DNA from: Rhizophagus irregularis
Taxonomy: Eukaryota
Length of the DNA: 64,000 nt
Direction of reading: 5' to 3'
Assembly (NCBI RefSeq): GCF_026210795.1
Contig: NC_089433.1
Span: 1,364,001-1,428,000 of the forward strand
Shown one piece after another: positions 12,356-25,466 of the stretch. The notes under the pieces are model-generated. The model made no database searches and was not told the origin of the DNA. It saw only the letters and a program-made list of their open reading frames with translations. Position 1 is the first letter of the stretch. Every line of letters starts with the position of its first letter. The translations under genes and the position numbers were made by a program.

Positions 12356-14378
12356 TTATTGATTAGCTTGGCCTTGTTGCCGAGCTAAGATGAGGTTGTT
12401 TTGTTGGATTCCTTCTTTAATCGAGCCAGCCAAAGAGGCAACAGTATCGGAAAGAGAGGAGAGACGCTGTTCCATATCAATAGGGGAGGAAGGAGCGACG
12501 TTGGAAGGTGGAATGGGAGCAAAATGAGGAATCGGGGAAAAACCACTTGTTGATTGCAAAGGGGGAGAATTAACATCAACGAGGATATTATTATCAGTTC
12601 GATTCACTGTATCATCCCATCCTTGCATAGAGGAAGGGATGTAGGAAGGAGGTTTAGTGACAAAAGGTCCAGGAATAGGAGTACGAGCAGCCATAGCAGA
12701 TTCCAAATTAGTGATGCGGCTGTTCATAGAAGCAAATTGTGTGGTGTAAGAAGGGCTAATTCTTCAACTACTTTTTCAAGAGCAGCACCAATAGATTTCC
12801 AATCAGTAAGCACAGTAGGAGGAGCAGGGTATGTAACATCCATGCCGTCAGCATAGTGATCAAGTTCATTTGCATCAGGAATACGACGACGTTGATTATT
12901 ATTATTGTGATTAAGGTTGTCGCGATTCCATAGGCGACGTTGAGAGCGAGAACGAGATTGTTGTCGGGTATTAGGTCTGGATTTAGAGCGATGGCGAGAA
13001 GCATTGGTACGGCTTTGTCCATCATTGTTGTTATCAGGGCGGGCAAAACGGTTATGTTGTTTAGCGGGATGAGAAGGAGGTAAATGCTTGTTATATAAAG
13101 CACGTAATTTATCATTAGATTGCCAAGGGCGAGAAGAGCGATTAGGTCTAGATGAAGAACCACATCGATCGGGGTTACAATTAGGGCGACCACATCGATG
13201 ACAAAGAGAAGTGACTTCATCCGGAGAATGCCAGGTAAGGCCAACTTTCTTAAGGGCACATGAAATAGATTTAGCATTTTCCATAGCAGTTTCAGAGGCA
13301 AAATGGCAATAGGCATAGGGTTTGGGATTGTAAGAATTCATAGAGAAGGGAACATTGATAGATTTAGCGGAAATTTCATCGGCAATTTCAGCAAGATCGA
13401 CCGATATAGTACCACGCGGAAGACCGGCAAGTAAAGCAACATAAGCGCGTCTTTCAGCGCGTTGGTCAGGAGAGAAAGTAGCGGGCAGATACGCAAACAA
13501 TGTCCTCCACAAAGGACGCCCCAGGTAGAGTCGAGGTTCTGTAAAGCACCAGTAGATTCAAAGGTAATGTATGCAGTACGATAAAGTTTAGATAAACGGG
13601 TATGGCAACGAGTAATATTGCCGTAACGAGAAAAGGTACCACGCAAAAGAGCGTCAGTTAGAAAAAGGGGGATATCGGTAACCACGGGGTACGCGCGTGT
13701 TCATCGCGCCTTAATAGCCTGGGGGTCGTATGCATGGAAATGCAAGCCAAACAAAGAATCCATAGGGGAGGCTGTGGCGTTGTCAAGATCTTCCTTTTTT
13801 CGGAAGTGGACGATGATCCTCTTCAAATCGTTGGATCCACTACACGTGGCACGACTACCATAAGAGGTGAACAAGGAAAGTTGTCGATCAACCGCGTCGC
13901 ACGCGTTGCGGTTCGAAGCGAAGTGATTCCAAAAGCCATCAACGTCATTAGGAGCGGCCGAGGCGTAGAAAAGTGTAGGTTGAGATTGTACTGCAGCTTG
14001 GGACGCGTCCGGAGAGGCAGCACGTTCAGGAAAAGAGACTGCGGGGGTAATTTCAGGGCTTTTGCCTTTATCGTTGTTGTTAGCAGGGGCGTGTTGCGAA
14101 GCATCGAGAGAGGAGGTATCGGGTTGAGAAGGTATCTCAGCGGAAGTTGTCTCAACAGGGCCAGGAGGCGTGAGAGGTTTATCAACATCCATGACGAGTC
14201 ATCGCACTGAGGCTCTGGTACGTTTATTAGTAGAGGTGGTCGAAGGTGGAGTGTTCGAAGGGCCAGACATAGAGGAACCTTGACCAGAAACGTTGCCAGT
14301 TGGAGAGCTAGAGGCAGGACGTTTAGACGTAGTATCTTTGTTAGACTGGTTATTTTTCTTTTTGTTATCTTTACCCAT
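12356..14378 (-). pseudogene. LINE ORF1 (RRM-like domains, zinc knuckle, coiled-coil tail), frameshifted
   Basis: ATG at 14378 (MGKDNKKK); overlapping ORF pieces with VTDIPLFL..FSRYGNI..AYITFES, LAGLPRGT..YAYCHFASE, CHRCGRPNCNPDRC and an Arg/Ser/Asn-rich segment; stop at 12356, about 50 bp before the ORF2 ATG. Confidence 0.85.
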
Positions 14379-14663
14379 TTGTAAAGTGTCGTAGTAGTTA
14401 TCTAAAATAAAGAAATTATAAAGAAAAAGTAATAAAAAACTCCGAAAAAATTTTTTATTTTTTTCGTAAATATTGTCAAGTGAGCAGAACGGGAGAGAGT
14501 TAGTTTTAGTTTTATCCTTTTGCGATCACTGGCTGATGAGTTATTCAACAAAATGTTAAGCATCGGCATTATTATATTTCTTAATTTACGTTTACTGCGC
14601 CATTTAACATTTTGCTAAATTTCTCGGTACCTAGTGATTGTAAAAAGACGATTAATAGCTCGT

Positions 14664-15030
14664 TGGAATCGCCTCATCAAGACGAATCGAATGGTGGTAA
14701 GCTCATCTCTCTGTGATCAATATTGACGGAGTTACTACTTAAAAACCATTTAATATTTTTTAATTTCGGAAATTAATCTAGTGATTGAATTTCGATGTAT
14801 TTTATACCATTAGAACCGTCTCATCAAGACGAATCGAATGGCGGTAAGATCGTCTCTCTAGGATCAATATTGGCAGAGTTATTACACAAAAACCATTAAT
14901 ATTTTTTTAATTTCGGAAATTAATCTAGTGATTAGATTTCGATGTATTTTATACCATTAGAACCGTCTCATCAAGACGAATCGAATGGCGGTAAGATCAT
15001 CTCTCTACGATTAATATTGGCGGAGTTACG
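14664..15030. repeat. 147-bp tandem repeat (~2.5 units) inside the MITE
   Basis: Units start at 14664, 14811 and 14958 (T(A/G)GAA(T/C)CG(T/C)CTCATCAAGACGAATCGAATGG...); a diverged further unit at 6622 is the one interrupted by the LINE. Confidence 0.9.
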
Positions 15031-16409
15031 ATACAATAAAGTTTTGAGTATAATTTTGGCTAAAATTATGTTAATTTTTGGCCGGAATTATGATATACTA
15101 ATATAAGAAATTTTTTATATAGTCACATCTCTTTATAATCACCAAATATGGACTGTCCCAAATGTGTGACTATAAAGAGAGTTGACTGTATTAGTAAAAT
15201 AGGAAAAAGAAAATTTCTATAATATTTTATCTAAATAAAAATATAATATAATTAGATGTTAATAATATGACTTTAAAAGAAATAGATAATTTTGAAATAT
15301 TAAATAAACTCAGAAAATTAAAAAATGGTAAATATATGTAATTAAATAAGATTTTTATATTATACTATAAAAATTTTTAGCTCAATTCTTTTTTAATAGT
15401 AATTAAAATTATTATTTGACTGAAAGATATAAATGTAACAAAAAACAATATATTCGGTTGTTATATTTTAATTTAATATTAATAAAAATCTTATATAAAT
15501 TTCAATTTACCATTTTATTCAAAATAAAAATATTTGTATTTATAAGAAAATAAATTCTTTATATTATTTATTTAATTTAAAATATTTATTTAAATACAAA
15601 TTTACTAAAATGTACTTTAAAAAACTTTTAAAAAAAAACTGATTAATCAAATGATAAATATCATAATGATTATAAAAGTAAAATAATATATATAAATATC
15701 AGTAAAAATAATTATATATAATAATATATTATATTATTATTATCTACTATTAGGTTTATTTATTCACTTCAGTTAATTATATTTTATTATTTATTATGTA
15801 AAATTCAAATAAAGAAATAAGTAAGTCTAATAATAATATTGAAAATAATAGTAAGATTAGAAAAATAAAAATGGTAATAAAAATACAAAAAGAATAATTA
15901 TATTAAATTGACAAAAATGAATTTATCTAAAAATTTAAAGATGATAAAAACTATTGTATATTTATATGAAAATGATGATTTTTCTTTACAATAAAATCAT
16001 TATAAATATTATTAGTATATTACTATATTATTACATTTTTAAAATATGTATAGATATATTATTGAATATTGATATAAAAGGTTTTTCTTTTATTATTTTT
16101 AATTATTTATACAAGTTAAATATATTATAATAAAAGAATAAAAATCAGTAGACTTTGAAGAATAAGAAAATCAATAACTATTTTTTAAAAAAATCTTCTA
16201 TTATACAAATTGCTATATAACTTTTTTATTGATAAATTTAAGTATTTCTAATAATAATATATCAGTATAAAATAAAAAAAATACTTATTTATACTTATAT
16301 TATTATTTAATATTATTTTTAATAATTTCAACTTTATTTAATATAAATAATATTAAAAAATAATATATAAATTCTATATAAAAAAAAATTTTAAGGAAGA
16401 TTAGAAGTA

Positions 16410-16911
16410 CAGTCGAAGCTCGATATAACGAACCCAACTCATATTAGGCAATTTTGGATCATTATATCGGATATTCGATAAATCAAATATTCTTAATATA
16501 CCGATTATATAGTAAAAAATATAAAAATTTGGTATACCAAATTTTTATTAATAAAAAAAAATGATTTTAATTGTATTACATACTGTGCTAATTTGTTTAT
16601 TATTAATATCATATTCTTACAAAAATTATTAAATTCCAAAATTAAGGCATAAATGTCAGGTGATCTGCTGCGCTGCATAGTGCCAGCTGGGAATAAGTTA
16701 ATTCTGACCAGAGTTAAGTGGTAATCAGCTTATCGCGAATAAATACATATGATTAGTTTATGATCAGATTTCGTTATATATAATATCACGAAATTTATAA
16801 TAAAATTGGTATATAGTGATAAAATTTAATATAGACGGTTTTGGTTTGAGAAAAAAGTTCGTTATAGGCTAAAATCAGTTTATCACGAATCGTTATATCG
16901 AGTTCTGACTT
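16410..16911. mobile_element. pogo/Tigger-like MITE
   Basis: TA-CAGTCGAAGCTCGATATAACGA ... TCGTTATATCGAGTTCTGACTT-TA (terminal G apparently mutated); internal TTCGTTATA motifs. Confidence 0.75.
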
Positions 16912-19900
16912 TATTATTTTCAAATAATAATACTTCAAATACTATTTTGCAAATTGTTTTAGAATATTAAGAAAATTAAGACAAAAAAGAAGAGAGTTAA
17001 TAAAATATAGAAGAAATGTTTATATTTTTGTATTATATTTTAAGATATTTTTATATAAATAAATTTACATTTATAAAAATATAATAAGTTATAAATTTAT
17101 TATATATTTATAGTACTTTATCTAATTATAATTAATAAACTTTTTAGAAAGCATATTATTTTTGATTTATCTGTTTTTTTTGTGATAATTGTAAAGTTTA
17201 TTATTATATAATCTTTTAAATAAAAAATCTCAGATGTATTTTCTCTATAAATTTTACTGTATATTTATTTATCTAAAATTAATACTTTTTTTTGCAAAAC
17301 TTAGCAAAATAGGAATCAGTTTAAATGAGTTTTTTATTTAATTAAAGAAAAAAAATATTATAGATTATGTATTTAAAATTGTAAGATGTAAAATTTGTTA
17401 TTTTACTAAGAAAAATTGGAAAGAATACTATGAAAAGCTTTTATTATAGTAAAAAGAATTCAAAATTTAACACAGTAATGTCAATTATAAAATGGATAGA
17501 TAATATAAAAGAAATTACTAGTAATTTAGATAATAATATGAAGTAGTAATAAGAAATTACTACTATATTATAATTTAGAATTCATAAAAAATATGATATT
17601 ATTCTATTTCATATTTTATTTCTCCTATTAAATATAATTTATACACTTATGAAATATATTTGCTAATGGATAAGATGCAAATTATTTTGATTCATGTAAT
17701 TTTTCCTTTAAAATAAGAAGTACTGCTCCCTTTGAATATAATAATAAAAATATATATATATAATTTATTCCAATATTTTTAATCAATTTCATTTTTTTTT
17801 TAAACTAACTGGTTTTTTTTTATATATTACTTCATGAAAAAATATAATAAAAAATTTATTTAATATTTAAAACTGTATATGTATTTTACAAGTAATACAT
17901 ATCTTTAAATTTACTATAAAACATTAAAATTGCTATAAAATTTCTATATCTATAAAATAAATAAACTACCTACTATTCTGATTTAAATTAAATAATACAG
18001 GTATATAATATAAATATAGTAAAAAAATATCAGAAATGTAATATTTAGAGTTTAAATCTATGTATTTGTCATCAGTATATCTACATAAATTATAGATTGT
18101 AGATATCTATTTTATTATTTGGATAGTATCTATGAATAGATCTATAAATAGATAATTTTATATGGATAATTTATGAATAATTTGTGAATAATTCTTATAT
18201 CTACAAATATGCAAATAATTCTATGAAATGGTCTTTATAAAACTTATTAATAAACTTAATGCCAATGCCCTATTATATTTTATTAATTATTAACATTATA
18301 ATATTATTTAAAATACAAATTAAAAAAGCTGAATATAAAAAATACCTTTTTTTTAAAAACTGGAATTATTATAATAGTAATAATACCTTGATTCTTGATT
18401 TGGTTTAGGAATTTATTTGAAAACAAACTTTATATATTAAAATATTAAATAAAGTGAAAAAATATGAAAAATATTGTTAATTATTCAATTAATTAATTGA
18501 ATAATTTATATTATCTATAATTATTAATTGTATTATTCATATTATCCATATAATCTGAATTATCCATAAATAATATGAATAACATGAATAATATGAACAG
18601 TATGGATATGTGGATTATCCATTCAATTTTTTAAAATTATCTATATCCAGACTTAATTTTTATATGGAATTACAGATATTGAATTTTTATCAAAGATACA
18701 TTATAATATTTCAATGAATTTAAGGAAAGAATTGCATATTATAACAGTTATCCAACAGGCTTGGCAAAATTATAAGAAAAGATTTAAAATATGAGCAAAA
18801 TAAGTTTGAAAGATGGTGAGGAATGGTGGTACTTCTGATGAGAAGAAGTTTTTAGGTATAACTTTTCATGATATAAGAATTCTTGATGTTCAATATGTAT
18901 GAGTAGGTAGAAAAGAAAAAATATCAGTTAGGTAAACAATTAGGTATTATAACATACATAGTTGCTTTTAGGGTATTAAATCAGCAAGGCTATAAAATCA
19001 TTGCATATTTAGATTGTTAAGTGGCTACTGAATCCTGAATATTACTTGTTAGAAGTTCGGAATATGGGTGATAGAGGTGTAAATTGGCAGGAAAGCCATA
19101 TCCATGTAATTTGCTAAAAATTAACTATTTTCAATCTGGATATATTTACTATCCAGGAAAAGTTAACTAATATAGATTTATTGTGAGTATGTACACTGAG
19201 TTTTCTAAACCATAAATTCTTTATCAAAATATTCAGATAATTGTTGAACTGATGAACTGAAGAAATCGTTCTTTGCTTAATTTTGACAGGTTTGTTACCA
19301 GATCTAAAGTATTGACAAGTTTTTGTTCATCCATTTTCGTTGATTTTTCTTTTCTTCTCATTTTTTCACTTTCACTTTACTCTTTCATAAGCTTTTTTAA
19401 TTGATGGACACAGCACGAAGTTAATTTTCCTAGTAAAAAATCCTAAATTATTTAAAGTTTAATAACTTCAGTTTAAGACAAGTTAAAATGTAAACAAATA
19501 CATTATAATCTAAAAAACAATGTGACCCCTCGTTTTCTCAAAAAAAAAATACCAAAGAAAAAATTTTTATTCAGAGAGATGTGTTCAAAAAGCTTTATTT
19601 ATTATTTCTAGAATTGTAAATGTTATCTTTTTGGAAAAAACGAGCTGGTTAGTACATGAAAGAGACGATAACAGATAATTTAGAATGGTTTTTAAAATTT
19701 GGAGCGAAAATAATAGGGAGTTTAATGTCATTAAAGCGTAAGAATGTATATTTAGTGAGAAGCTTATAATAAGATAAATTTAGTAAACGTATCAGAATTA
19801 CAAAAAATCTTAAATAGTAAATTTTACTATAGGGCTAGATATAGGCATATAGCTCTATTAATTATCATTTTATATAATTTTAGTAATAAGTCGTTAAGTC

Positions 19901-21853
19901 GTTCTTTATTTTTAATTCGTGCACAAGGAAGTTGCTTAAATTGATAGACATACTGTAATAATAATTAATAAAGCAATTGAATAGATAACACTACTTTTCC
20001 TTGTTCTTTTAGGCTACGCGAAATAAAGTAACCATTTTAAGAAACAATGGAGTTACGGAGACTTCAACCTGACAAAGTCAATAATCTTTCCTTTTAAAAT
20101 TTTCTGATCCACTCATTCATTCATTTATATTTTTTTTCAAATATTAAAAAAAAAAATTTCCAACATTCCCACTACCGTGATCTACATTGCTTACAATCAC
20201 TTACGTTAATCTTGGATCAAGCGTTCGTTGTCAAATTTTGGTGAAGAGCGTTAAACCCAAATTTAATACTGCAGTTAATTCCTCAAGGTAATTTTGTTGT
20301 ACTCCTACCAAGCTTTCGTCCAACATAAACATTACGCTACTGATAAATTCATCATTCCAGTTCTTCTACTTATATTATAATTGAGGGGAGTTACTTGTTA
20401 ATTACTTCAAAATGTCAATATCATTAGCTAGATTTTGTACGCCCAATATAAAAAAATTTCTGTATTGAAAAATCCAATGATATTATAAATAAACAATCTC
20501 ATTCTTTTAAAATAAAGATTTTATGAAGGAAATAAAATTAATTATTAAATACGTCCAAAATAGTACCTCAATTGATTCTCCCTGTGTTATTTATTAAATA
20601 TATGAAGGTCGAGTCAGTTATAGTATGTCGAACTGGTCAAGATTTCTCTTATATATCATGATTTATATTGTATATTGTCATATTTCTCACGCTAATTTAA
20701 TTCTATCCTTCTTATTCCAATTCTGGATAAAAGCTGTAATTTAATAAAATTCAATTTAAAATAATTGTGGTAAAACCGACACCAATTCTTGAAATCGTCA
20801 AAATCAATTGAGAAACACTGGCAACAACCAATTTAACTTGAACAAAACGCTGATTACAATTACGGTAAATCACCAAGAATACGATAAAGAACCTTCATAA
20901 ATTTCGATAATATTCAGGAATCAGGAATCAGGATACAAAGCCAGGTTTACCATCTCTCTTGATTTTACACCGTTTCATTATACTGATTGTGATTTTGCTA
21001 ATCTTGGCTCGAATTGCCAAATTTTCTGCGAGAATTCACTAGAAAATAATTTCGAAATACTTTTTTCTTTTTTTTTTAAAAAAAAAATGATGAATCTTAC
21101 CAATTCACACCTGCAATTATCAAAAAGTAATCTTTAACAGTTAGAAATCGAATAAAAATTTTATGAAAATAAATTTATGTTAAAAGTAACAAGTTTCGCT
21201 ATTGTGATGTGATTAGAATTCTACCAATTAAAATGTTTGGGTTACACTTAGCTACTTGGAAAGTAAGCATTTTACCCAAAAGTGAGAGTTATGTGATATC
21301 TCCGTGTTTCAGGGACCTATTTAAAAAATTCTAAAGAGATGCATGTATACCCGAGTGTAAATTTGGGGAAAATATCTGGATGAAAAATTTATGTAAATGG
21401 AAACGGAAAATGGTTACAAAGTTTTTCCCGAAATAAATCATGAAATTATTATTATTCCTAATAAATATGATGAAAATATTAAAATGAATTTGTTTATTCA
21501 GGATGATTAATACGACCAAATTATTTAATCTTGTAAAATAGGTTTTATAAAGGCGAACGAATAATAATCGAATATAATGTTCATTGTAGATAATTTTGTA
21601 CTGAAAATAACGTTACTTTGTTTTATTTTAAATTTGCATGTCAAATGTGTAACAAAAAACTTATAATAATAATAATAGACATAATCTTAAGTTGATCTTA
21701 AAAAAAAAAAATATTATACCTAATTTTTGAAATATTGTCCTTAATTAAATAAATGATACTATAAAAAAAAACCACCATCTAAGATGGATTAATCATACAT
21801 AATTCATAATAAAGTAATTTAAAAATAATTTAAAATATAAAATAAATGCATGC

Positions 21854-21893
21854 ATAACGATTTATAACGATTTATAACGATTTATAACGATTT
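21854..21893. repeat. 10-bp tandem repeat (ATAACGATTT)x4 overlapping the velvet gene stop
   Basis: Four exact copies; the minus-strand TAA stop at 21882-21884 lies within the array. Confidence 0.95.
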
Positions 21894-23701
21894 GTTTAAA
21901 ACTTTTCTCTTTTTACTCTTACGCGTATCTTCAGTATCATCGTTAACTTCATCAAAAAGTCTTTTTGTTGGATCTCGACGAGTTGGAATTTTGTTTCCTT
22001 GTTGTACGAAACAATAGGCTAACCTAGTCGTTTCTAAAATTTTTAATAGAAAATAAGATTTATATTAAATAATAAAGATATTAAATCAATTATTTTCAAA
22101 AAATGGTAGAATTTCATACCAATCATTCCAGGAAATCTTTTAGCTGTATATACGGTGAATGGATTTGAGCAAACAGTTTCCAACATTTTGATTGGAAATT
22201 CTCCCGTATTTAAATTACCTTGCCTATAATAAAATATTTTATATAATAAGTTCCCATGAATTATAAAGATAAAAAATATTCATGATTATTCATATAATTA
22301 CCAGCCGAGATAGGTTAATGTAAATTTGATATAAAATATCCCCTCCGCTCTGACGCTTAAATCTCTAAAAATGAACCAAATATCTTCAACCCCTTGTGTA
22401 TCACATAATCTTTTTCCATGTGCAGTTTTTTCTCCGACCAAATTATCAACACATTGTGGACTTCCTGGCATACTTGATGGATGAACCACCAACATTGCTT
22501 CTCGATTTGTTTTTTCTTCATATAAGGACGCATGAATGACAAAAAATCCTGGGTCGATTTCACTAAAATAGATTTTATATTATATATTAAAAATATTATA
22601 ACATCAAATTTAACTTAAATAAATAATTAAATGACATACTGGATATTAACAGGTCCGTTCTCGTCACTAATTCTAAGACGAAGAAATGGGAGTGGTGATA
22701 TTGGTCTTCTATCCTTTAAAATTTATCAAAAATCAATATTAAAAATATGCGTCGTTTAATTGTTGAATTCTTAATACGAATTTGATGATCACCGGTGACT
22801 GAAATTACAACGATCGACCAGCATTAAAAAATATAGTGCCGGTAAAAATTGATAATTCCGGCCAACGGTGATGCACCCCAACGCCCCAAGTACTGTATTT
22901 TTTTTTTTAACTTACTCTTTCTCCGAACCCACACATTCGAGCCCGTACTGGTTGCTGAATCACTTCAAGTTTGTATTTTAATTCCGGAATACTAAAGATA
23001 ACATTTGTAAACGAATTAATGAAAACAAAAGTCTGACTATACGACAAGAAAGCTTACCCAGATTCCGCAAGAATAGTTTTCATTTCATCTTTCGTCGCAT
23101 AATGAGAACTTTGATCGTATGGTTTATTATCAATGCGATTACGAGTATAAGAACGAGGAGTCGGGTTAAATTGGTAAGGTCGGAAAGAAAACATTTGGCC
23201 ATATGTTGGACCGTAATAATATGGGTGATATCTCTTCCGATAGTTGTTAAAAATAGGTTTATAGTCATGATTGTTGTGAGGGTAATTATGAAAATATGAA
23301 TTAAAATAACTTGAATGGTGATTTATATAATAGGTATCATTGTTTGAAGGAATGTAATTATTTAAAGATGAATTCGAAGTAGAAAGATCAGTAATGAGGT
23401 TACTGGTCATATTTAAAGGAGGAAGGTTAATTCTGGTATTAAACGAAAGAGTGCTAGTTGAAAGAGTTTTATTCAAGGACGGAAGATTACTTGAGGAAGG
23501 ATTGTTATTAGTCAGAAGGGGGGGATAATTATTATCATTATTCTTTTGATGAGAGATATTTGGAGGAGTGAAAGGTTTGTTTGAAGGAATGAAAGGTTTG
23601 TTTGAAGGAAAGTTACTCTGATAGTCTTTACTGGAGTAAGGACGATAAATAGAATGATGATAACGATAATTGTTAGAATTTTGTTCGTTAATAGGGTTCA
23701 T
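21882..23701 (-). CDS. Velvet-domain transcriptional regulator (VeA/VelB/VelC/VosA family) with long Asn/Tyr/Ser-rich N-terminus
   Basis: Spliced peptide YKLEVIQQPVRARMCGFGER^DRRPISPLPFLRL ... NLVGEKTAHGKRL..IWFIFRDLSVRAEGIFYIKFTL ... SNPFTVYTAKRFPGMI^ETTRLAYCFVQQGNKIPTRR; canonical GT-AG introns; basic C-terminal NLS-like RKSKKRK. Confidence 0.93.
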
Positions 23702-25440
23702 GATTTTTGTTTTTTTGCGATTGGATTCATTTACCCACGCCTCGCTGTTTATTTATATCCATTTTGACAATATAACTGCTTTTTATTCGTAATTTAAAAT
23801 TATGTTATCACAATAGTCACTTATCACACATTCCAAATTATTATATTTCAAAGTGACCAAATTTCCATTGTGAACTATTCGAGATTGTTGATCAAGATCC
23901 AGTACCAGCTGTTTTTTTTGCATTTGCATTAAAACATCAGAAATAGGAAACTTGAATACCCATGGAATGCATTGTAATTTAACTTTTGTTGTACCAATAA
24001 AAGTATTTTAAAATTTAGTTTTTGGAATTAAATGCCCAAAAATTTAATTTTGGTAATGAACCTACCAATTATTATCACATTTTTTTTTTTTTAAAAAAAA
24101 AAAAAAAGAATTTCCGAATAATTAATATAGCATAAATAGTAAAAAAAAAAACGGAAATAATCTTTTTGAATATTCCGTTTTTTTTGTTTAAACCAAATAT
24201 TGTTTAGTATTACATGGATATGGTTAATATGTACAAGAGTTAATCTAATAACCGATGAATTTATGATATGACTTCTTTATTTAACCTTTGAAATAAGAAA
24301 AACACGCCTTATCATGTATACTAAACATATTGTATATATTAAAAGATCTCAACAATTGTGTTTTAAATTGAGTTAAAAATTTTTTATATCAATTTCTTTT
24401 TTTATCGTTAATAACACAATATCACTCAAAACAATATTTCAACTCCAAAGTGAAATTAATTTGACTAAATCTATTGATAAAGATTTTATCATAAATTATC
24501 ATGATAATATATAATCGGGATCATTATAACTTTATAACTTTCGGGTGATTCGGGTAATTCTCAAAAAAAGAAACAAATCTTTTTTCAAAGTTTATCGCAT
24601 TTACTCACTAATAAACTTTTAGCCTTGCCGCTCTATACAAATATTTGCATTAAACCAGTTTTTTTTTTTTAGTTTAAACGTTCTTAGAAATAAATCAAAA
24701 AAATCTCGGATAACCCGATAAGCTACAAATAATTGAAACAAATCAATTCTTAAAATGAAAAAATTCTCTAAGATAAATTTAGTCACGAATATTACTAAAA
24801 AAAAAAATGGATTATTATTATCGTACAAACGTGTTCGGTACGGTTCTATCCGATTTTACATATTTCACATGTTTTAATATATTAAATATAAAATAATGGT
24901 AATAGTAACTTAAAACTTTAGTTTATAACGAATAACAAATTTGTAAATACACGAATTTTATAAATACTGTGATATAATGTTGCATATATTTTTAATCCAA
25001 ATAAATATTATTTAATAAATTATCAAATATGTATTAATAAACTTATTTTATTTTTATTTTAAAATATATATTTATTTATATATGTTAAAATTCGCGTTGT
25101 CAGTTGGTTACACAAGTGAATCCTATTTTGTAAATAGATCGAAGTTTGATGCCAATTTTATTGTCAAAAGAAACCTTCTCATTGAAATTTTAAAATGTGT
25201 TACCGTAATTCAATCCAAATCTGTTCTTTTTTTTTCCTTATTCATTATAAAGGTATTCTCAAGATTAGTAATATGTCGCTTAAAAAAGAACAATTATAAT
25301 TTAGAACATTCTTTTTTAAATCATCCAATACTTTAATATTGTGTTGATAGCAATAACAGCATCAATGATTTCTTTATTAATATTGCAAATTATTATGTTA
25401 TAAATTCAAACAAGGATTTTTCCATTATAATTTTTCCGAG

Positions 25441-25466
25441 ATATATATATATATATATATATATAT
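25441..25466. repeat. (AT)n microsatellite
   Basis: Uninterrupted AT dinucleotide run. Confidence 0.95.

Larger units (their letters stand above)
6673..14506 (-). mobile_element. Full-length non-LTR retrotransposon (LINE, APE-type with RNase H)
   Basis: Perfect 17-bp TSD TAGTTTTATCCTTTTGC at 6656-6672 and 14507-14523; ORF1 and ORF2 on the minus strand; A-rich tail near 6691-6712; visibly more GC-rich than flanks. Confidence 0.95.
6377..15188. mobile_element. pogo-like MITE (~960 bp when empty) split by a LINE insertion
   Basis: TIRs CAGTCAACTCCCTCTATAGTCAC (6377) and GTGACTATAAAGAGAGTTGACTG (ends 15188), 21/23 match, TA on both flanks; iterated TATAGTCAC subterminal motifs. Confidence 0.85.

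Noticed and set aside
7064..14210. Plus-strand ORFs within the LINE (e.g. 7064-7327, 9568-9771, 13734-14210)
   Set aside because: Antisense shadows of the retrotransposon ORFs with no recognisable motifs.
14528..14560. CTGATGAG resembling a hammerhead ribozyme core
   Set aside because: No stem II followed by GAAA; the homologous copy at 59155 reads GATGATGAG.
18700..19420. GC-richer, coding-looking remnant
   Set aside because: Stops in the frames I read and no identifiable motif.
20170..21040. Possible decayed minus-strand gene (FMLDESLVGVQQNYLEEL...)
   Set aside because: Fragmentary and not assignable to a family by eye.
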